Below, piece after piece: positions 1-10,498 of a DNA stretch of 64,000 nt. Position 1 is the first letter of the stretch. Every line of letters begins with the position of its first letter. Origin of the DNA: Verrucomicrobiota bacterium (GTDB taxonomy: Bacteria; Verrucomicrobiota; Verrucomicrobiia; Limisphaerales; AAA164-E04); the NCBI GenBank assembly GCA_047947115.1, contig CP170459.1, positions 1,760,001 through 1,824,000 of the forward strand. Direction: 5' to 3'. Both the position numbers and the translations under genes were made by a program. The notes under the pieces are model-generated. The model was not told where the DNA came from, ran no database searches, and saw nothing but the letters and a program-made list of their open reading frames with translations.

Positions 1-1
1 C

Positions 2-1909
2 ACACGTTTGGATTGGATGGAGATTCGAGATTCGTTGTATGGCCAGAGCGCGAACAGGAATCTGGCAACTTACGATTATTTCAATCGTCGCAGCGAGATC
101 GTGCTGAATCAGTTCAAATCGCAGAACTGGTTGCCTTCGATTGAACCTCCCACTTTCAACCAGCATGGAGGGCGTGTCAGCGGCGATTTCCGTCTGTCCA
201 TTCAGGCTGCTGAGGCAGGGACGATATATTACACGACGGATGGAACAGATCCATTACCGGAGCTGGTAGCCGATTCCAGAATTGCTGTGGATCTGGTAGC
301 AGAGACGGCGATGAAACGGGCCATCATGCCGACGGATGATTCGCTTGAGACTGTTTGGAACAAAGTGACCTTTAATGATGCAGCCTGGACAATTGCTCGT
401 GACGGGGCGGGATATGAAAACAGTTCCGGTTATGAACCGTTTCTGGCTTCGGATTTTGATTTTGGAGATCAAGTCAGTGGAGGCGCTGTTGAGTCCATTT
501 ACATGAGAGTGGTGTTTCAGATCAGCGATCCCGCAGCACTGGATTTACTGGAGTTGGGCATGCGGTATGACGATGGGTTCATTGCCTATTTGAACGGCCA
601 GGAAATAGCACGCGCAAATGCTCCGGGTAGTGTGGGTAGGCCAGTAGCGTGGAATGCCTCCGCCTCCGGTAGTCATTCCGATGCTGCCGCTGCGGGGTTC
701 GAGATCTTTGATGTCACCGCTGCCAAGGAATTTTTAAAGGAAGGTGAGAATGTTTTGGCTATTCATGGATTGAACGTTTCTGCAAGCAGCAGCGATTTCC
801 TGATTTGGCCGATTCTCAAAGGCGTGATGGTGGAATCGGAGGAGCTTCCCACCACCGAGGCCGGAATCCAAGTCTACGAATCTCCGATTTCTCTCACTGA
901 ATCGGCCACCGTCAAAGCACGAATTCAGTTGGCCGGCGTTTGGTCTCCGATCTTATCCGCGGACTTTGTGGTGGACGCTGTCCAGGCGGATGCATCGAAT
1001 GTGGTATTATCCGCGATTCACTATCATCCGGGCGCCCCTACACGGACTGAGATGGAGGCGGGATTCGACAATCGGCGTGATTTTGAGTTTCTCAGATTGA
1101 CGAATGTCAGTGATCAAACCGTTGATTTGCGTGGAGTCACCTTTACTTCGGGAATAGATTTTGCCTTTACACCGAATGTTCCGGTGCTGGAACTGGCACC
1201 CGGTGAATCGCTCGTTTTATGTTCGAATCCGGAAGCTTATCAAGCACGCTATAGATTGGCTGATCGGTTGGCCGGGGCGTTTGAAAACGGCACCAATCTA
1301 AATAATGGAGGCGAGCGGATTACTTTGGTAAATGCCGTTGGTGAAGTGATTGCGAGTGTCACTTATGGCGATCAAGCTCCTTGGCCCAATGAAGCTGACG
1401 GGAATGGTTATTTTCTTTCATTGTTACCAGATGCGACTGGAGAAGCCGTTGCTTTGCCGGAATCTTGGATAATCGTTTCGGAACAGGATATCCGGTTGCC
1501 GAGTGGTGCATTGGCAGCATTTCGTGAATGGTTGTCGCTTTATTTCAGTTCCGATGCATTGGCGGATCCTGCCGTGACGTCCTGGACCTCCGATCCTGAC
1601 GGTGATGGAATGAATCACTTCCAGGAGTATTTCCATGGGTCCGACCCCTCCATGCCTGGTACATCACCGAATTGGCCAATGGTCGTCAATGATCCCAACG
1701 AACCTGCTGCTGGGTGGGTGTTTGAATTTACCAAATCGAATCTGTTGCCCGGTGTGACGTGGGAAGTTCAGACCTCCACCGATTTGCTCAACTGGAGCAT
1801 ATTGCCTGCCGGAGCCCCGTCGAATGTGCCAGGCGGTCAGCGGTTCAGTTGGAATGCGGCCAACTCCACCGCTCAGTATTTTCGTTTATCCATTTCGGTG
1901 TCGGAATAA
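2..1909 (+). CDS. 3' part of a large secreted multidomain protein (chitobiase/FN3-associated, galactose-binding-like and lamin-tail domains; probably CotH-associated); runs off the left edge
   Basis: Frame is open from position 2. Motifs IYYTTDGTDP, YDDGFIAYLNGQEI and IHYHP...FEFLRLTN (LTD-like), a DPDGDG repeat and a C-terminal QTSTDLLNW...YFRL tail. Confidence 0.75.
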   Translation, partial: TRLDWMEIRDSLYGQSANRNLATYDYFNRRSEIVLNQFKSQNWLPSIEPPTFNQHGGRVSGDFRLSIQAAEAGTIYYTTDGTDPLPELVADSRIAVDLVAETAMKRAIMPTDDSLETVWNKVTFNDAAWTIARDGAGYENSSGYEPFLASDFDFGDQVSGGAVESIYMRVVFQISDPAALDLLELGMRYDDGFIAYLNGQEIARANAPGSVGRPVAWNASASGSHSDAAAAGFEIFDVTAAKEFLKEGENVLAIHGLNVSASSSDFLIWPILKGVMVESEELPTTEAGIQVYESPISLTESATVKARIQLAGVWSPILSADFVVDAVQADASNVVLSAIHYHPGAPTRTEMEAGFDNRRDFEFLRLTNVSDQTVDLRGVTFTSGIDFAFTPNVPVLELAPGESLVLCSNPEAYQARYRLADRLAGAFENGTNLNNGGERITLVNAVGEVIASVTYGDQAPWPNEADGNGYFLSLLPDATGEAVALPESWIIVSEQDIRLPSGALAAFREWLSLYFSSDALADPAVTSWTSDPDGDGMNHFQEYFHGSDPSMPGTSPNWPMVVNDPNEPAAGWVFEFTKSNLLPGVTWEVQTSTDLLNWSILPAGAPSNVPGGQRFSWNAANSTAQYFRLSISVSE

Positions 1910-1920
1910 TCGATCTTCCC

Positions 1921-2745
1921 TCATGGAATCAGAAGTCGGTAAAAGACAGGTTCAGGCCCTGTGATCCATGGTTCCGAAATGGTTGTTGGTTCGTCGCCAA
2001 GCGTGATGGTTTGAATTGTTTCCCAGGACACACCATCGCGAGAAACCTGCACACTGATCTCTGAACCTGCCGTTCCTTCTGCTTGAAAGGTGAATGCTCC
2101 GTCGACCAGAGCAGGAGATGAAAGAGTCGGTGGTATCGCTGGCACTGACGCTGCTTCGATTGAATCGATGGCATTCCGGATGGTATTGATGCTTGGCCGG
2201 ATGGACTCGATATGCAGGATTTCCCATTGCTGGTGGGAGGGTGAATGATTTACGCCATTGATCACCACGAAATCCGATGCGCTGGTCCCTTCACCTCGAT
2301 TTGGAGGGAAGAACTGGTGTAGCGCCGTGTGAGCCCCGTCGTCCAGGACCAGGTCGAGGCCTGCCCGATCGGCAAAAAACAAGGAACTTCCTGTGGGCGC
2401 TCCACGATCATCTTTTTCCAGACCAATGACCTGAACGGGGATGCCGTGGGCATTGCCGCCACGTTCTTCGTAATACTGATGAATATCTTTCTCAACGACC
2501 GCTGAGTTGGCTCGGCAGGTGCCTCACCAGTAGAAAAAGAAATCCAGCAGGATGATGGACCCTTCGGCTTCGCTCAGGTTAAACGGTTCATCCGTTCTGA
2601 TATTCGTGAGTTCAAACAAGTCGGCTACTTCTCCGACACTCCTGCGAACGGATTGGGCTTGCAGGCCCGTAGCTGAGATACACACCACTGTTGCGATCGT
2701 GATTGCCAGCCATTTACCCAAAGGTTTTTTTGGTGAAATGTTCAT
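1921..2745 (-). CDS. Predicted selenoprotein: secreted TlpA/peroxiredoxin-like thioredoxin-fold protein with UxxC motif, 274 aa; TGA at 2526-2524 read as Sec
   Basis: ORFs 2524..2745 and 1921..2382 are in frame. Read-through gives IILLDFFFYW-U-GTCRANSAVVEKDIHQYYEERGGNAHGIPVQVIGL, collinear with neighbour IIVLDFFAYW-C-APCARTSPILENEIASYYASQEGNPHGIPVELIAV. N-terminal signal peptide present. Confidence 0.85.
2491..2506 (-). promoter_or_regulatory. Putative bacterial SECIS hairpin
   Basis: Minus strand CTCAGC-GGTC-GTTGAG: 6-bp stem (one G-U pair) and a GGUC loop starting 23 nt after the UGA. Resembles the GGUC-containing apical loop of the E. coli fdhF SECIS. Confidence 0.65.
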
Positions 2746-2765
2746 ATATCGTCTCCTTGAATGGA

Positions 2766-4412
2766 TTAAAACTTCACGTCAAATGCCGCCTGAAACAAGC
2801 CCCAATTTCTGTTTTGATAAATATCTTCGAAAAAAGGCGCGGCAATGTTTGCTTCTTCATATCGTGTCCAGTAAGGGCCAGCACTGACTCGCACACTGGA
2901 TTTTTCACCAACCCATCGCAAGCCCAGTCCCAAATGATAGCTCTTCAGTCCGGGAGGTGCATTGGAGGAAGGTAACGAGTTTTGTATCTCACCCGTGTCC
3001 TCGTAGAAGCGTCCGAAAAAACTCAGAAGCCATGATTCGCTCAAATCATGTTCCAGGGTCAGCCCGGTAAACCAGGAATTGAAACTCGGGTTTTCAGTTG
3101 CGGTAGCTGTTTGCCATCTCATGACCCAGGTTTCAGAAAGTGCCGCGTTGAGAGATCCTTGAAGGGACCAGCGCAGCTGTCGATCGGTCGTGTCTGTCAG
3201 TTGAAGCTCAAGCAGGGAACGCAGTCGCTTGGTCAGGACGTTTTCGGTTGCGATGCGATAAATGATGGAATCGATGCGGTCGCGTCCCAGGATGGTGACT
3301 CGTTCGAATTCCGCGCTGGGGGCGATATGATCACGGTAGAATCCTGCACCGGATTCAAGGTAACCTGATCCCGGCAGGTATTCCCACCGGGCCTGGGTGG
3401 ATAGTTGATAACCACGGGGATCGATTTCAGGATATCCGGCAAAAATGGGGAGGTTGCCGATCTGTTTGTAATACTCATGCAGCCATAGTGCGCGGTAGCT
3501 TTGGAATCCTTCGTAGTAACCTCCCTGCAGACGTAGTGTGAAATCGTCATTGATTTGCTGTGAAGCTCGTAGCTGACCGAGTATGCGTTCATTCCGAACA
3601 TTCATGGAGGTGAAAAACGGATCCGGCGAGCGCATGTCCAAATCGAATGTTTGAATCATGAGCCCCGCATCCCATTCGGTACGGCCGTAGGTATGACCGT
3701 ATCTCATATTCCATTGTGTCAGTTGATAATCATCCGTCAGAAGCGCTTCGCCGGCTGTTTCGAATGTGCGTTCTGTCAGCAGGTTTCTTTTCGAGTCAAA
3801 TTCGGGATCATTGGGTGTTTCTGCAGATGGTGTCGCGTCTGCATGTGGTTTTTCACCGATGGCATCAATCACGGATCTCAGTTGTTCGACGCCTTCAAAT
3901 CCGGCGTGTTGATAACGAATGACGAAACCGGACTCGGAACTTGTGCCGTCCAGCACCACAATCAATGGGATCCCCTGACTCTTGAATTGTTGCAGCAAAT
4001 GCCCTTCCAGGTCCTGAATCACGTGGGAAAGACCTGCACGACGGATGAACATGTCCGTCCGTCGAGGATTGGCGGACTCGACATTCACTGCGATCAATTC
4101 CACCGGGATCCCATGAGGGTTGCCTTCTTGGGAGGCGTAATAGGAGGCGATTTCGTTTTCCAGAATTGGGGACGTGCGGGCGCAAGGGGCGCACCAATAG
4201 GCAAAGAAATCCAGCACGATGATTTTCTCCTGATGTTGTTCAAAGGAAAATGTTTTCCCCGGGGAAGGAAGGAGCTCGGGTAAGTTGAGGTTGGAGAAAT
4301 CAAGGGCCACCTTCTGGCGAAGGCGGCTACTGGGGGTTGCGCTGTGGACGGGCCCGGTTGATAGCAAACTTACCAGGCACATTACGACCAAAATGAATCT
4401 TAATGGGCGCAT
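2766..4412 (-). CDS. TlpA-like thioredoxin (CAPC) fused to a DUF3570-like outer-membrane beta-barrel
   Basis: Signal peptide, LDFFAYWCAPC, Pro-rich linker, amphipathic beta-strand region and terminal ...QAAFDVKF (C-terminal Phe signature). Confidence 0.75.
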   Translation of the reverse strand: MRPLRFILVVMCLVSLLSTGPVHSATPSSRLRQKVALDFSNLNLPELLPSPGKTFSFEQHQEKIIVLDFFAYWCAPCARTSPILENEIASYYASQEGNPHGIPVELIAVNVESANPRRTDMFIRRAGLSHVIQDLEGHLLQQFKSQGIPLIVVLDGTSSESGFVIRYQHAGFEGVEQLRSVIDAIGEKPHADATPSAETPNDPEFDSKRNLLTERTFETAGEALLTDDYQLTQWNMRYGHTYGRTEWDAGLMIQTFDLDMRSPDPFFTSMNVRNERILGQLRASQQINDDFTLRLQGGYYEGFQSYRALWLHEYYKQIGNLPIFAGYPEIDPRGYQLSTQARWEYLPGSGYLESGAGFYRDHIAPSAEFERVTILGRDRIDSIIYRIATENVLTKRLRSLLELQLTDTTDRQLRWSLQGSLNAALSETWVMRWQTATATENPSFNSWFTGLTLEHDLSESWLLSFFGRFYEDTGEIQNSLPSSNAPPGLKSYHLGLGLRWVGEKSSVRVSAGPYWTRYEEANIAAPFFEDIYQNRNWGLFQAAFDVKF

Positions 4413-4646
4413 GTAGGGTGTTTACAGCATTATTGGCACGCCGTGCAACCAGCAGCTTGAGCTCCGCCTGAACCGGCCGTGCCGGGTTCGATCTGGGTGA
4501 GCACGGTGGATTGATAGGCGAATACCGGTGAATCGGAAAAGGTCATATTGTGCTTGGAAACAAGACGTTGATCCTGTAAAGGGACCGCCTTGCATCCTGA
4601 AAGGAAACCCATGGCGATCAATAACGTGATACCTGTCCAACTTTTT

Positions 4647-5994
4647 GGTTCTTCGACAAAAACAATGGAATTGAGCATTTGGAACTATCGTGAGATGATG
4701 GCTCCATGAATATTGAGAAGACCATACATGGATTGCTGGGACTAGATGAGTGTTGGGAAGTTCGAGGCGTTGACTACGATTCTGAGACGGAAAAGTTTTT
4801 CATGGTTATTACTGAAACTGACAAACTCTGGGAGAAACAAGTTTGTCCCCATCAGACCTGCAAATCGTCTGGGATTACCTGTTACGATCACACCGAAACA
4901 AGGTCTTGGCGACATATGGATGTATTTGGAAAACGATCTGAAATTCTCTGCAATGTGCCTCGCGGCAAATGCCCATCTTGTCACCGAACCTATCGGGTTA
5001 AAGTCCCCTGGGAGGGTAAGGGAAAACATTTTACTCAAGCTTTTGAAGGATTTGCATTGGCGTTGATGAGGGAGATGCCAGTTAGTAAAGCATCAGGACT
5101 GATTGGAGAGTGTGATCAACGCATGTGGCGCATTCTTTTTGCCCATGTCGACGAAGCTTATTCAAAGTTGGATATGAGTGAAGTGGTTTGGATCGGTGCG
5201 GACGAATTGTCTGCACGCAAAGGGCATGATTACCTGACGGTGTTTGCTGATTTGATGGAGAAGCGAGTCATTTTTGCCACCGAGGGCAAAGACGCTGAAA
5301 CATTCCAACGCTTTGCAGATGCGTTATATGCGCACAACGGACATCCAAAAGCGATCACTCAAGTTGCCATCGATATGAGTCCGGCCTATCAAAAGGGAGT
5401 AAGGGAGAATCTAGGCAACGCAGAGATTGTATTCGACAAGTATCATGCTGTGGCCATGGTCAATGACGCAGTCGATAAAGTGCGCAAAGCCGAAGCAAAT
5501 CAAGGAGACAAGGATTCCAAAAAGGAGCTCAAAGCAAGTCGTTGGATATTTCGTAAAAATCCCTCCAATCTAACCAAGAGTCAAACCCAGCAGCTAGAGG
5601 AATTGGATTTGAAGAATTTAGTAACCGGAATCGCCTGCCAGATGCGATTAAATTTCCAACAAGTCTATCGCAGTCGCAATGAGGTTACAGCGCGAAAAAA
5701 CATGGTCAAATGGATAGGATGGGTAAAACGAAGGGCGAAAAATTCAGGGGACTTGTTGGAACCAATGATCAAGGTGGCAAACAGTATTGAACGTCACTTG
5801 GAAGGTATACTTGCTCATTGGAAAAAGAAACTGACCACAGCGTTCATGGAAGGATTGAATAGCGTTTTCAGCGCGGTCAAGCGGAAGGCCAGAGGTTTTC
5901 GCTCATCCGTATACATGACCACTATGCTTTACTTTGTAGCCGGCAAACTCAGAATCCCGGCTTAATTTAATTCCACTGGAATTGTCGAAGAACC
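4647..5994 (+). mobile_element. Complete ISL3-family insertion sequence
   Basis: Terminal IRs GGTTCTTCGACAA (13 bp perfect, imperfect to ~26 bp). 8-bp direct repeat AACTTTTT at 4639-4646 and 5995-6002. Confidence 0.95.
4706..5965 (+). CDS. ISL3-family transposase
   Basis: N-terminal Zn-finger (CPHQTC...CPSC), IGADE, AIDMSPAY, FDKYH and EGLNS...KRKARGFR motifs. Confidence 0.95.
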   Translation: MNIEKTIHGLLGLDECWEVRGVDYDSETEKFFMVITETDKLWEKQVCPHQTCKSSGITCYDHTETRSWRHMDVFGKRSEILCNVPRGKCPSCHRTYRVKVPWEGKGKHFTQAFEGFALALMREMPVSKASGLIGECDQRMWRILFAHVDEAYSKLDMSEVVWIGADELSARKGHDYLTVFADLMEKRVIFATEGKDAETFQRFADALYAHNGHPKAITQVAIDMSPAYQKGVRENLGNAEIVFDKYHAVAMVNDAVDKVRKAEANQGDKDSKKELKASRWIFRKNPSNLTKSQTQQLEELDLKNLVTGIACQMRLNFQQVYRSRNEVTARKNMVKWIGWVKRRAKNSGDLLEPMIKVANSIERHLEGILAHWKKKLTTAFMEGLNSVFSAVKRKARGFRSSVYMTTMLYFVAGKLRIPA

Positions 5995-6174
5995 AACTTT
6001 TTCTTATCCAATTGGTTTTCATTGTTTTGATTTAAGCCCGAAATCGTTTAGGAGCTGAGCCGACTCCTTCCAGAGCATGCCAACATGATCTTATTCCCAA
6101 TTATTTTCAAATATTCCAATAAAAGCAAGATAGGCATGGGCAAACCATTGCTTACCTGGTTCGATTACGCTAGG

Positions 6175-8682
6175 ATGCAGCCCATGACTCCCCGAACCAT
6201 TTGCAGCTTGATCGTCTTGTTAAGCATGTTTTGGGGCTCTCATTCCTTGCGGTTGAATGGGGGAGACTCGTCGCTGCACTGGTCTTTCCAGACACTCAGA
6301 CCTCTGTCAGAAATCGATTCCAAACTGCAGCCCATTGATTATTTTATTCAATCCAAACTGGAGGCATACGATCTTCAATTTCAGGAACAAGCTCCACCGA
6401 GAGACCTCCTGCGCCGACTTCATTTTGACATGCATGGATTGACGCCATCATTTGAAAGGATTCGAGCATTTGAACGGGCTTGGAATCCTGATGAAGCCTA
6501 TCGTCGTGAAGTGGAAAGTGTGTTGGCCAGTCCGCGTTATGGAGAGCGTTGGGCGCAGCATTGGTTGGATCTGGTGAGGTATGCCGATACACACGGATAT
6601 GAGGTCAATACCGAACGCCCCAATGCCTGGCCTTATCGGGACTACGTGATCGACGCGTTCAATCAGGACAAGCCCTACGATCAATTTGTCTTCGAACAAT
6701 TGGCAGGCGACACGGTGGGCGCGGATGCGGCAACAGGTTTTTTGGTGGCCGCTCCCGCGTTGTTGCCCGGACAGATTGGGCAGGATGATGCGTCCAAACG
6801 CCTGGCGCGTCAGGATGCGTTGGATGAAATCATTGTCGGGACAGGGGAAACGTTTCTGGCTATCAGCATTGGTTGCGCGCGTTGCCATGAGCATAAGTTC
6901 GATCCGATATCTACCGAAGATTATTACGCTTTCCAGGCTTTCTTTGCCGGTGTGGAGTATGGGGATCGTCCCATTCGGGATCCGGAAAGGGAGCGGACGA
7001 GGAAAGCGGCCCTGAAACAGATCGATCAACAATTGGTGGACACTCAGCATCAGTTGGAAGCATCCACCCCGCTGGCCAATGCGGATGCTGCGAGCGAAAT
7101 CAAAGCACGCGAACCGGTCAACACCCTTCGAAATGTCGATCGCTTTGCTCCGGTTGAAGCGAAAATGGTTCGCTTGACCGTGCTGGCTACCATGGATGAC
7201 AATCGTCATGAGCCGTGCATAGACGAGTTGGAAGTTTTTGGCACCGGTGCGACTCCCGTCAATGTGGCGCTTGCTGATCAAGGAGGCCAACCCAGTTCTT
7301 CGGGCAATTATTCAGAGACGGGGATTCATCAGTTAAAGCACGTCAATGAAGGTTTGTATGGCAATAGTCACAGTTGGATTTCCAACGAAAAGGGCGGGGG
7401 CTGGGTGCAGATCGAATGGCCGGAAACGCAAACGATCGACCGCGTGATCTGGTCGCGTGATCGCACCGGGCAATTCAAGGATCGGTTGGCCACGCGTTAC
7501 CGAATCGAAGTGGCCACAGAACCAGGCAAGTGGACGACCGTGGCTGGTTCTTGGGATCGTGTACCTTTCGGTGCTAGTGAATCAGAACTGGAATCCTTGA
7601 ATGCACAGGCGTTGAGCGAGGACGGGAAACAAAGAAAAGCTCTACAAGCAAAGCTGGCAACACTCACCAAGGAAAAGGAAGCTTTCCAGCAACGGTCCAT
7701 GGTTTACGGAGGCACCTTCCGCGAACCGGACACCACCTACGTTCTCCATCGCGGCGATCCCGAACAACCCCGTGAAACCATTGATCCAGGGGTGGCTTCT
7801 GTCTTGGGATCAGTGGGATTGGATGCAAACGCTTCGGATGCGGAGCGTCGAAAATCCCTGGCCGAATGGATCATCCGTCAGGACAATCCACTCACTGCAC
7901 GGGTGATGGTGAACCGGATTTGGCAGTTTCATTTTGGGCGCGGTCTGGTGGATACACCGAGTGATTTCGGTATCAATGGTTCGGCTCCGACGCATCCCGA
8001 ATTGTTGGATTGGTTGGCGGGTGAATTCATTCGGAGCGGATGGTCGGTCAAGCACATGCACCGACTTATTCTGTTATCCAAGACCTACCGGCAGTCCAGC
8101 CGCGTGCACGCTGAGGGAACGCGAGTGGATGCCGATGCACGATTATTATGGCGATTTCCATCAAGGCGATTGGAAGCCGAAGCCATTCGGGACAGCATGT
8201 TGCAGGTCAGTGGTTCATTGAATTTTACCATGGGGGGCGCGGGATTTGATTTCTTTAAAACCCGTGGAGGTTTGAGCGGTTACCCACCCGTGGAACAGTT
8301 CGGAGCCGAAGGGATGCGTCGCATGATTTATGCCCACAAGGTCAGGATGGAAAGGGTGCCGGTCTTTGGGGCCTTTGATTGTCCCGATGCCGGGCAACCG
8401 ATGCCGCGCCGCAATCAATCCACTACGGCGATTCAGGCCTTGAACCTGTTCAACAGTCCCTTCGTCATGGAGCAGTCCCAAAAGTTGGCCGGCCGAATCC
8501 GAGGTGAATGGCCCGATGATGTGATGACGCACCAATTAGTTGCTCAAACGTTTCAACAAACCCTTGGGCGCGATCCCAAAGTCCAGGAACGAAACGGCGC
8601 TGTTGCGTTGGTGGAAGCCGAAGGGTTGCCGATGCTTTGTCGCGTTTTGTTCAACAGCAATGAATTCCTGTTCATCCCATGA
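6175..8682 (+). CDS. DUF1549/DUF1553 (PSD1) protein with inserted F5/8-type discoidin-like domain
   Basis: [47 protein letters not shown] and HPELLDWLA. Start uncertain (ORF open from 6085). Confidence 0.9.
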   Translation: MQPMTPRTICSLIVLLSMFWGSHSLRLNGGDSSLHWSFQTLRPLSEIDSKLQPIDYFIQSKLEAYDLQFQEQAPPRDLLRRLHFDMHGLTPSFERIRAFERAWNPDEAYRREVESVLASPRYGERWAQHWLDLVRYADTHGYEVNTERPNAWPYRDYVIDAFNQDKPYDQFVFEQLAGDTVGADAATGFLVAAPALLPGQIGQDDASKRLARQDALDEIIVGTGETFLAISIGCARCHEHKFDPISTEDYYAFQAFFAGVEYGDRPIRDPERERTRKAALKQIDQQLVDTQHQLEASTPLANADAASEIKAREPVNTLRNVDRFAPVEAKMVRLTVLATMDDNRHEPCIDELEVFGTGATPVNVALADQGGQPSSSGNYSETGIHQLKHVNEGLYGNSHSWISNEKGGGWVQIEWPETQTIDRVIWSRDRTGQFKDRLATRYRIEVATEPGKWTTVAGSWDRVPFGASESELESLNAQALSEDGKQRKALQAKLATLTKEKEAFQQRSMVYGGTFREPDTTYVLHRGDPEQPRETIDPGVASVLGSVGLDANASDAERRKSLAEWIIRQDNPLTARVMVNRIWQFHFGRGLVDTPSDFGINGSAPTHPELLDWLAGEFIRSGWSVKHMHRLILLSKTYRQSSRVHAEGTRVDADARLLWRFPSRRLEAEAIRDSMLQVSGSLNFTMGGAGFDFFKTRGGLSGYPPVEQFGAEGMRRMIYAHKVRMERVPVFGAFDCPDAGQPMPRRNQSTTAIQALNLFNSPFVMEQSQKLAGRIRGEWPDDVMTHQLVAQTFQQTLGRDPKVQERNGAVALVEAEGLPMLCRVLFNSNEFLFIP

Positions 8683-10160
8683 AGTTTTCCCGACCATCTC
8701 CCTACACTGAAGGACAACAAGGCAAGGCTTTGCTCAATCGGCGTGACTTCCTTGGGAGCACGGCGACGGGGCTGGGAGCAGTTGCCTTGACGCATCTGCT
8801 ATCACGGGATGCTTTGTTGGCCAAAGAAGTTCCATTGATTGATCCGGCACGTCCGCATCTGGCGCGAGATCCTCATTTTCCCGCGCGCGCCAAGAATGTG
8901 TTGGTGCTGTTTTGCGCCGGAGCCTGCAGTCAGTTGGAAACATGGGACTACAAACCGGAATTGTTCCGGCGCGACGGACAACCCATGCCCGGCGGACCTT
9001 CGGTGACGTTTCAGGGACCATCCGGTAACCTTGCGAAACCACAGTACGCCTTTCGTCCGCGCGGACAAACCGGCAAAATGGTTTCCGATATGTTGCCTCA
9101 TTTGGCGAAGTGGACCGATGAGCTGGCTTTCGTGCACACCCTGACCAGCAAAAGCAACACACACGGACCCGCCGAGAATTTTCTATCGACTGGTTTTGCT
9201 CTCGACGGATTTCCCAGCATTGGCGCCTGGGTGACTTATGCCTTGGGAACCGAGAATGAGAACCTTCCTGCCTTTGTGGCGATTCCCGATCCTCGTGGCG
9301 TGCCTCAGGCGAGCATCAACAACTGGGGGCCGGGATTCCTGCCGGCGGAATTTCAAGGCACGCCTTTCAATGTCAGGAATCCCATACAAAACTTGAATCG
9401 ACCTGAGAACGTCAGTGCTCAGGGAGATGTGGCAGCGAGAAACTTTTTGCGTCAGATACAGGAGGAACACCTGGCATCCAACGCCGGTGATTCGCAGTTG
9501 TCGGCAAGGATTGCCAGTTACGAACTGGCCGCCCGCATGCAATTGAGCGTGCCCGACATCATGGATCTGTCCACCGAACCGGATTACATCCTGAAGTCTT
9601 ACGGCGCGGACGATGGCGACAACAAGGTGAAAGCCGACTTTGCCAAAAACTGCATCCTGGCACGTCGATTGATCGAGAAAGGCGTGCGATTTGTTCAGTT
9701 ATTCAATGGCGCCTACGCCTCAGGTGGGGCGCTCAACTGGGATGGTCACAACAAACTGAAACCCCAATACGACGTGCACGCCGAGATCTTCGATCAGCCC
9801 GCCGCCGCCCTTCTGGAGGACCTCAAGCAGCGAGGGTTGTTGGAAGACACTTTGGTCGTATGGTGCACAGAATTCGGGCGCATGCCGATGTTCCAGAAAG
9901 GAGCCCAGGGACGTGATCACAATCCCAACGGATTCACCGCCTGGATGACCGGCGCCGGAGTGAAAGGAGGCGTCAGCTACGGCGCCACCGACGAACTAGG
10001 CTACGAAGCTGTGGAAAAGGTCAGCTCCATCCACGACCTCAACGCCACCATCCTTCACCTGCTCGGACTGGATCATGAGTTGTTGACCTATCGCCACAAT
10101 GGGTTGGAGCGGAGATTAACGGATGTGCATGGGTATGTGTTGAAGGAATTGTTGGTGTAA
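8679..10160 (+). CDS. DUF1501 family protein (Tat signal)
   Basis: NRRDFL twin-Arg motif, [28 protein letters not shown] and RLTDVHG. ATGA overlap with the upstream gene. Confidence 0.92.
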   Translation: MKFSRPSPYTEGQQGKALLNRRDFLGSTATGLGAVALTHLLSRDALLAKEVPLIDPARPHLARDPHFPARAKNVLVLFCAGACSQLETWDYKPELFRRDGQPMPGGPSVTFQGPSGNLAKPQYAFRPRGQTGKMVSDMLPHLAKWTDELAFVHTLTSKSNTHGPAENFLSTGFALDGFPSIGAWVTYALGTENENLPAFVAIPDPRGVPQASINNWGPGFLPAEFQGTPFNVRNPIQNLNRPENVSAQGDVAARNFLRQIQEEHLASNAGDSQLSARIASYELAARMQLSVPDIMDLSTEPDYILKSYGADDGDNKVKADFAKNCILARRLIEKGVRFVQLFNGAYASGGALNWDGHNKLKPQYDVHAEIFDQPAAALLEDLKQRGLLEDTLVVWCTEFGRMPMFQKGAQGRDHNPNGFTAWMTGAGVKGGVSYGATDELGYEAVEKVSSIHDLNATILHLLGLDHELLTYRHNGLERRLTDVHGYVLKELLV

Positions 10161-10187
10161 CGATAGCCGTTGATGAATAATTGGAAC

Positions 10188-10436
10188 ATGGAGCGAGCGA
10201 AAATCATCAATGATGGAGATGATCAGATGGTGATACTTCCACCGGAATATCATTTGGATGCGGATCACGTATTTGTAACACGTAAAGGTTCGTCTGTGAT
10301 GTTGTTGAGTAACCAGAAAGCATGGGATGTGATATTTCAGATTACCGATGAAATCACAGATGATTTTATGGAAGAACGACATCAAGTCTCCGGTAACTGT
10401 AGAAAAACCAAGTTAGATGAAAGTCAAAAGAGATAA
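10188..10436 (+). CDS. VapB/VagC-like (AbrB-fold) antitoxin, no cognate toxin adjacent
   Basis: MERAKIINDGDDQMVILPPEYHLDADHVFVTRKGSSVML resembles VagC/VapB N-termini. Confidence 0.6.
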   Translation: MERAKIINDGDDQMVILPPEYHLDADHVFVTRKGSSVMLLSNQKAWDVIFQITDEITDDFMEERHQVSGNCRKTKLDESQKR

Positions 10437-10498
10437 AAAGGCAGCAGCGATGAAAGATCCTTCAGGTGGAGTGGTACGCGTTCTTAAGGTGCGATGAT

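Larger units (their letters stand above)
4430..6022 (-). pseudogene. DUF4266-like small lipoprotein interrupted by ISL3 near its 5' end
   Basis: Removing the IS and one TSD copy restores MKTNWIRKSWTGITLLIAMGFLSG-C-KAVP...GSGGAQAAGCTACQ (ATG at 6022, lipobox LSGC). Confidence 0.8.
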
